Positions 27,481 through 32,000 of a stretch of DNA of 32,000 nucleotides are shown here, one piece after another. Made by a program: the position numbers and the translations under genes. Position 1 is the stretch's first letter. Every line of letters starts with the position of its first letter. The stretch lies in NCBI RefSeq assembly GCF_000186885.1, contig NC_014972.1, positions 960,001 through 992,000 on the forward strand, read 5' to 3'. This DNA comes from Desulfobulbus propionicus DSM 2032. GTDB taxonomy: Bacteria > Desulfobacterota > Desulfobulbia > Desulfobulbales > Desulfobulbaceae. The notes under the pieces were generated by a model. The model was not told the origin of the DNA, did no database searches, and saw only the letters and a list, made by a program, of their open reading frames with translations.

Positions 27481-28805
27481 ACGATCCGGCGAACCTGATT
27501 ATCACCGGCCAGTACCTGTTGACCATGGACCGCGGCCAAACCGTGATCGAGGAGGGCGGGCTGGCCATCGCAGGCGACACCATCCAGGCGGTGGGCAGGG
27601 CGGAAGACCTTGTGGCCCGTTTCCCGAACGCCCAAGTCATGGCCGAGCCCCATGGGTTGATCATGCCCGGGCTAGTCAATGTCCATACCCACGCGGCCAT
27701 GTCCCTGTTCCGCGGCCTGGCCGACGATCTGCCGCTGATGCAGTGGCTGCAGGACTACATCTTTCCCCTTGAGGCCACCCTCACCGGCGACGTGGTTTAT
27801 CAGGGCACCCTGCTTTCCCTCTGCGAGATGATCCGCTCCGGCACCACCTCGTTCTGCGACATGTACCTCTTTGCCGGCGACGTGGCCCGGGCAGCCGCCG
27901 AGGCCGGCATGCGGGCCTGGGTCGGCGAGGTGCTCTACGATTTCCCCTCGCCCAACTACGGGGGGTTGGAAAACGGTTTCGCCTACGTTCGGGAGCTCCT
28001 TGGCCGCTACCGGCACCATCCGCTGGTGAGCATCACCGTCGACCCGCACGCGGTCTACACCTGTTCGCCCGAACTGCTCACCCGGCTGGGGGCGCTGGCC
28101 AGGGACGAGGGGGCACTGTATGTGATCCATCTGGCGGAAAACGAGGAGGAGGTACGCACCTGCCGCGAGCGGTACGGCCGTTCGCCGGTGGACCATCTCG
28201 AATCCCTGGGGCTGCTGCATCCCCAGGTGGTGGCCGATCACTGCGTCATGCTCACCCCGACCGAGATCGCCCTGTTGGCCGAGCGCGGGGTCAAGGTGGC
28301 CCACTGCCCGGAATCGAACTTGAAACTGGCCTCGGGCATCGCCCCGGTGGTCGACCTGTTGGCGGCGGGCATTGCCGTGGGCCTGGGCACCGATGGCAGC
28401 GCCTCCAATAACGATGTTGATCTGTTCGGCGAGATGAACACCGCCGCCAAGATTCATAAGGTCGATCGCATGGACCCGACCGTGATGAGCGCCGCCACCA
28501 CCTTGCACGCCGCCACCCTGGGCGGGGCCCGGGTGCTCGGCGCCGAGCACCTGATCGGCAGTCTGGAGCCCGGCAAGAAGGCCGACTGCATCGTGCTCGA
28601 TCTCGACCAGCCGCATCTGACCCCGATGTACAACCCGATCTCCCATCTGGTCTACGCCGCGCGCGGCGCCGATGTGATCCATTCGGTGATCAATGGCCAA
28701 GTGGTGATGCGGGACCGCAGGCTGCTGACCCTTGACGAGGCCGCGATCCTCGCCCGGGCCGCCGAGATCGGGGCCGGTTTCCGCCGGGGCCGCAATGGCG
28801 GTTGA
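27477..28805 (+). CDS. mtaD: 5'-methylthioadenosine/S-adenosylhomocysteine deaminase-type amidohydrolase
   Basis: 442 aa from ATG 27477 (MNDPANLIITGQYLLTMD). Metal-binding GLVNVHTHAAMSLFRG, HLAENEEE, GTDGSASNN. The track ORF start at 27210 lies inside the upstream gene and is spurious. Confidence 0.85.
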   Translation: MNDPANLIITGQYLLTMDRGQTVIEEGGLAIAGDTIQAVGRAEDLVARFPNAQVMAEPHGLIMPGLVNVHTHAAMSLFRGLADDLPLMQWLQDYIFPLEATLTGDVVYQGTLLSLCEMIRSGTTSFCDMYLFAGDVARAAAEAGMRAWVGEVLYDFPSPNYGGLENGFAYVRELLGRYRHHPLVSITVDPHAVYTCSPELLTRLGALARDEGALYVIHLAENEEEVRTCRERYGRSPVDHLESLGLLHPQVVADHCVMLTPTEIALLAERGVKVAHCPESNLKLASGIAPVVDLLAAGIAVGLGTDGSASNNDVDLFGEMNTAAKIHKVDRMDPTVMSAATTLHAATLGGARVLGAEHLIGSLEPGKKADCIVLDLDQPHLTPMYNPISHLVYAARGADVIHSVINGQVVMRDRRLLTLDEAAILARAAEIGAGFRRGRNGG

Positions 28806-28877
28806 CAGGGGATTGTTCCCGGTGCTATTATCGGTTTCTTTCGTTCTTTTTACGTCAATTCTTCACGAGGTGTCACC

Positions 28878-29060
28878 ATGTTCGGACTCGGAATGCCTGA
28901 ACTGATCATTATCCTGGTTATCATCGTCATCATCTTTGGCGCCGGCAAACTGCCGGAAATCGGCAGCGGCATCGGCAAGGGCATCCGTAACTTCAAGGAG
29001 GCGACCAAAAAGGATGACGAACCCAAAACACTGGACGACGACAAAAACAAGGAGGCGTGA
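28878..29060 (+). CDS. tatA: Twin-arginine translocase TatA/E family subunit (copy 1)
   Basis: 60 aa. [42 protein letters not shown], i.e. TM helix, hinge FG, then amphipathic helix. GAGGTG SD. Confidence 0.9.
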   Translation: MFGLGMPELIIILVIIVIIFGAGKLPEIGSGIGKGIRNFKEATKKDDEPKTLDDDKNKEA

Positions 29061-29102
29061 ACCGTCCCCTTTTTCGTCCCTTCCTTCCACCTGGTATGTG
29101 CA

Positions 29103-29351
29103 ATGTTTGGACTTGGAACCCCTGAACTGATCATCATTCTCCTGATCGCCTTCCTCATCTTCGGCAGCAAAAAACTGCCGGAAATCGGCGCCGGGCTCGG
29201 CAAGGCCATTGGCTCCTTCAAGAAGGGACTCGGCGAAGTCGAGGAGGCCGGCGACAGCCTCAAGAAAAATTTGCCGGTGGTCAAGGAGATCACCGACGTC
29301 AAGGAAACCATCGACAAGGCCAAGGGCATCACCAACGTCCTTGGCAAATAA
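29103..29351 (+). CDS. tatA: Twin-arginine translocase TatA/E family subunit (copy 2, longer tail)
   Basis: 82 aa. MFGLGTPELIIILLIAFLIFGSKKLPEIGAGLGKAIGSFKKG. No clear SD, but the family match is unambiguous. Confidence 0.85.
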   Translation: MFGLGTPELIIILLIAFLIFGSKKLPEIGAGLGKAIGSFKKGLGEVEEAGDSLKKNLPVVKEITDVKETIDKAKGITNVLGK

Positions 29352-29375
29352 CCTCCCCCGCCTCCGTTCCTTTTC

Positions 29376-29428
29376 CCCCTCGGCATCCCCGAATCGGCAC
29401 TGCGCCGGCCCACCTCTTCGCCGAGGGG
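29376..29428 (+). terminator. Possible terminator-like long hairpin after tatA copy 2
   Basis: 9-bp stem CCCCTCGGC (29376-29384) / GCCGAGGGG (29420-29428) with a 35-nt loop, followed by TCCTTTGCTCTT. The loop is atypically long and the U-tract is weak. Confidence 0.3.
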
Positions 29429-29438
29429 TCCTTTGCTC

Positions 29439-29467
29439 TTGACAACCATTTTCCTTTTCTGTAAAAA
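29439..29467 (+). promoter_or_regulatory. Candidate sigma70-type promoter for the glutamate-synthase-like cluster
   Basis: TTGACA (29439-29444), 17-nt spacer, TAAAAA (29462-29467, 4/6 to TATAAT). This would give a leader of roughly 115-120 nt before ATG 29593. Confidence 0.4.
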
Positions 29468-29592
29468 CTTTTCCCTGCAACCCTTGTCAATTTTGTGATC
29501 CGTTTATTACAAAGTTGTTAACAAGTGTACAAAAATGTAACTTTTGTCACGGTTGCCTCTGTTCGTCCACGATCGATTATCAGGAGCCGTTC

Positions 29593-30735
29593 ATGTGCCG
29601 ACTAGCCCTTAAAAGCGCAGATACACCCTTTTCGCCCTATGATGTCCTCACCGCCATGGAGGCCATGCAGGAAGGTTACGACGGCAGCGGGCTTGGCCTG
29701 CTGCTGCGCGGAGTGGAATTCGAGGATTTCAAACTCAAGCCCCACCATGTGGTCCTTTCCGGCATCGCCCACACCGAGGCGGCCTTCCATCGTCTGACCG
29801 ACTGGATGGGCGGTCAGGGGTTCCAGGTCAAATACGTCCATGAGTTCGAGCGACGGCCGGGGCTGATCGAAGCCAAGGACCGGTTCAACTACATGGTGCG
29901 CGCCTACAAAATGCCGGACGCCTGGGCCGGCTTAACCCCGGAGCAGATCGACGATAAATTGCTGGAGATCCGGTTGGCCATCCGCCGTGACGGCGACGCC
30001 CACGGCGGCGACATCACCATCTTTTCCCTGTACCGCGACGTGGTGATGCTCAAGGAGGTTGGCTGGCCGCTGGAGGTTGGTGACGCCCTGGGGCTGTCGG
30101 ATGGCCGACTCAGGGCGCGGGTGGTCATGGCCCAGGGCCGGCAGAACACCAACTACGGCATCAACCTCTATGCCTGCCACCCGTTTTTCATCCAGGGCAT
30201 CGCCACCATGACCAATGGCGAGAACACCGCCTTCGTGCCGATCAAGGAGTGGCTCCTGGGCAAGAACATCCCCGGCTACATCGGCTACCATTCCGATTCC
30301 GAGACCTTCACCCACATCCTCCATTACATCACCAAGAAGTTGAAGCTGCCGCTGGAACTCTACAAGCACGTCATCACCCCGCTCAAAACCGAGGAGCTGG
30401 ACGTGCATCCCAACGGCGATTTCCTCAAAGGGTTGCGTACCGCCTGCCGCCGTCTGATCATCGACGGACCCAACGCGGTCATCGCCACCCTCCCGGATGA
30501 AACCTGCATGCTGGTGATGGATCAGAAGAAGATGCGACCGGCCACGGTCGGCGGCCGTCCCGGCGCCTGGGCCATTGCCTCCGAGATGTGCGGGGTCGAC
30601 GCCATGGTTCCGGACCGTGACCCGGCCCTTGATTTTCAGCCCATGCGGCAGCACACCGTCATTATTCCACCCGAGCGAAAGGAACTCACAATATGGTCTC
30701 AGTTCGATCAATTTACACTTCCCCAAGCAGCCTGA
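29593..30735 (+). CDS. Class II (Ntn) glutamine amidotransferase-like protein, GltB domain-1 type of split/archaeal-type glutamate synthase
   Basis: 380 aa from ATG 29593, preceded by a CAGGAG SD. It begins MCRLAL, so the Cys is directly after the initiator Met as required for an Ntn nucleophile. The track ORF start at 29515 has no SD and would bury the Cys. Confidence 0.75.
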   Translation: MCRLALKSADTPFSPYDVLTAMEAMQEGYDGSGLGLLLRGVEFEDFKLKPHHVVLSGIAHTEAAFHRLTDWMGGQGFQVKYVHEFERRPGLIEAKDRFNYMVRAYKMPDAWAGLTPEQIDDKLLEIRLAIRRDGDAHGGDITIFSLYRDVVMLKEVGWPLEVGDALGLSDGRLRARVVMAQGRQNTNYGINLYACHPFFIQGIATMTNGENTAFVPIKEWLLGKNIPGYIGYHSDSETFTHILHYITKKLKLPLELYKHVITPLKTEELDVHPNGDFLKGLRTACRRLIIDGPNAVIATLPDETCMLVMDQKKMRPATVGGRPGAWAIASEMCGVDAMVPDRDPALDFQPMRQHTVIIPPERKELTIWSQFDQFTLPQAA

Positions 30736-32000
30736 GTTATCACGACCTCCCCTGGATCATCGAGCACCGGGAGGATCGCTGCACGCTCTGTGGCCGCTGT
30801 ACCGCGGCCTGCCCGGTGGGCGCCATCTCGCTGTCCCATTTCCGCCAGCGGGTGCCCAAGCTCGATGTGCTGCAGAAGAGGCGGGGCAGCGACTACCGCC
30901 ACTTCACCGGCATCCGCCAGAGCACGGACATCGCCAAGCGGTGCATCGGCTGCGGCATGTGCGCCTCGGTGTGTCCGAACGAGGCCATCGGCCCGCACGC
31001 CAACGACAACGAGCACCGGTCGGTCTTCCTCCTCAACCAGAAGGGCGAGGCCTACAAGCGCGGCGGCCGGCGTAACGTCCCCGGCCGGACCGTGCTCGAC
31101 CGCATCTCGTTCGGCCGTATTTCCATGCTCACCGATCCGGCGCTCGATGCCGGCCGCCACGAGTTCAACATCAATACCATCCTTGGCCGGGTGCTGCCGC
31201 CGGAGGAGTTTCTCCGCCGCAAGCTGGCCGGCGAGTGGATTCCGCCCACCCGCGAGATCTTCCCGTTCGTCATCGGCTCGATGTCGTTCGGTGCCCTGTC
31301 GCCCAACATGTGGCTCGGCCTGTTGCAGGGCGTGGCCTACTGCAACGAGGTGCTGGGCATTCCGGTGGTCATGGCCACCGGCGAGGGCGGCTGTCCGCCC
31401 TGGGTGCTGAAGAGCCCGTTTTTGAAATACATCATCTTGCAGATTGCCTCCGGCTACTTCGGCTGGGACGAGATCATCCGCGCCATTCCGGAGATGCAGT
31501 GCGATCCGGCGGCTATCGAGATCAAGTACGGCCAGGGCGCCAAGCCCGGCGATGGCGGTCTGCTGATGTGGTTCAAAGTCAGCAAGCTAATCGCCCGGCT
31601 GCGCGGCGTGCCCGAGGGAGTCGATCTGCCCTCGCCGCCGGTGCATCAGACGCTCTACTCCATCGAGGAGAGCGTCATGAAGATGATCCAGACCATGTCC
31701 ATGGCCTTCGGCTTCCGGGTGCCGGTCTATCCCAAGATCTCCGGTTCAACCTCGGCCAAGTCGGTGCTCAACAACCTGGTGCGCAACCCCTATGCCGGCG
31801 GTCTGTTGATCGACGGCATCGACGGCGGCACCGGCGCGGCCTACAACGTCAGCATGGACGCCACCGGCCACCCGATCGCCTCCAACCTGCGCGAATGCTA
31901 TCTCGATCTGGTCCGCCAGGGGCGGCAAAACGAGATTCCGTTGTTCGCCGCCGGCGGCATCGGCAAGAACGGCAACGTCGCCCAGAACGGCATGGCCCTG
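30693..32000 (+). CDS. 2x[4Fe-4S] ferredoxin domain fused to glutamate synthase FMN-binding (GltB domain-2) protein; 3' end outside the window
   Basis: Frame-3 ORF not in the supplied track (no stop in the window). ATG 30693 follows AAGGAA. Two cluster motifs, CTLCGRCTAACP and CIGCGMCASVCP. GltS FMN-domain motifs GSMSFGALS, EIKYGQGAKPGDGG, SPPVHQTLYSIEE, IDGIDGGTGAA. Overlaps the upstream gene by 43 nt. Confidence 0.85.
   Translation, partial: MVSVRSIYTSPSSLSYHDLPWIIEHREDRCTLCGRCTAACPVGAISLSHFRQRVPKLDVLQKRRGSDYRHFTGIRQSTDIAKRCIGCGMCASVCPNEAIGPHANDNEHRSVFLLNQKGEAYKRGGRRNVPGRTVLDRISFGRISMLTDPALDAGRHEFNINTILGRVLPPEEFLRRKLAGEWIPPTREIFPFVIGSMSFGALSPNMWLGLLQGVAYCNEVLGIPVVMATGEGGCPPWVLKSPFLKYIILQIASGYFGWDEIIRAIPEMQCDPAAIEIKYGQGAKPGDGGLLMWFKVSKLIARLRGVPEGVDLPSPPVHQTLYSIEESVMKMIQTMSMAFGFRVPVYPKISGSTSAKSVLNNLVRNPYAGGLLIDGIDGGTGAAYNVSMDATGHPIASNLRECYLDLVRQGRQNEIPLFAAGGIGKNGNVAQNGMAL

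Noticed and set aside
1-32000. Searched by eye for CRISPR arrays, tandem repeats, IS/transposase or integrase genes, and rRNA/tRNA genes.
   Set aside because: No regularly spaced repeats, no recombinase-like ORFs and no cloverleaf or rRNA-like conserved blocks were recognised. Absence is by inspection only and should be confirmed with tRNAscan-SE, Infernal and ISfinder-type searches.

Overview
High-GC bacterial chromosomal segment. Hand counts of 60-nt lines give about 62-72% GC in ordinary genes. It is almost entirely housekeeping. The gene content (split archaeal-type glutamate synthase, minimal TatA genes, nuoLMN) suggests an anaerobic Desulfobacterota-like organism, but this is inference only. 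Gene order: nuoL-like/nuoM/nuoN (+), then convergent glyA (-). Next comes an unexplained gene-free gap of about 0.8 kb, then a GGACT/AIG2-like gene (+). A minus-strand run follows: yhbY, TraB-family, SDR+DUF2867-like, and an MltD-like LysM lytic transglycosylase. Diverging from that run are an unusually long class A PBP and a coiled-coil/TPR-like lipoprotein (+). After these sits a roughly 1.15 kb low-GC islet (about 37-48% GC) carrying one minus-strand gene. The remainder is alpha/beta hydrolase, topB, rsfS, gpmI, thrC, a PNP-family phosphorylase overlapping mtaD, two tandem tatA paralogues, and the start of a split glutamate-synthase-like cluster. The second gene of that cluster (30693..32000, runs off the window) is missing from the supplied ORF track. 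No rRNA, tRNA, CRISPR array, transposase or integrase was recognised. The best candidate for something new is the low-GC single-gene islet. It encodes a zinc-ribbon protein whose C-terminus looks like a Card1/Can2-type (DUF1887) PD-(D/E)xK nuclease, but with no CARF sensor. The islet is bracketed by a split direct repeat and preceded by an AT-only palindrome. Secondary leads are the insert-bearing PBP1 with its adjacent lipoprotein (possible Lpo/CpoB-like regulator), the 0.8 kb non-coding gap, and a phased TGT-repeat leader upstream of the glutamate-synthase-like genes. All family assignments come from motif recognition by eye; no database search was run.
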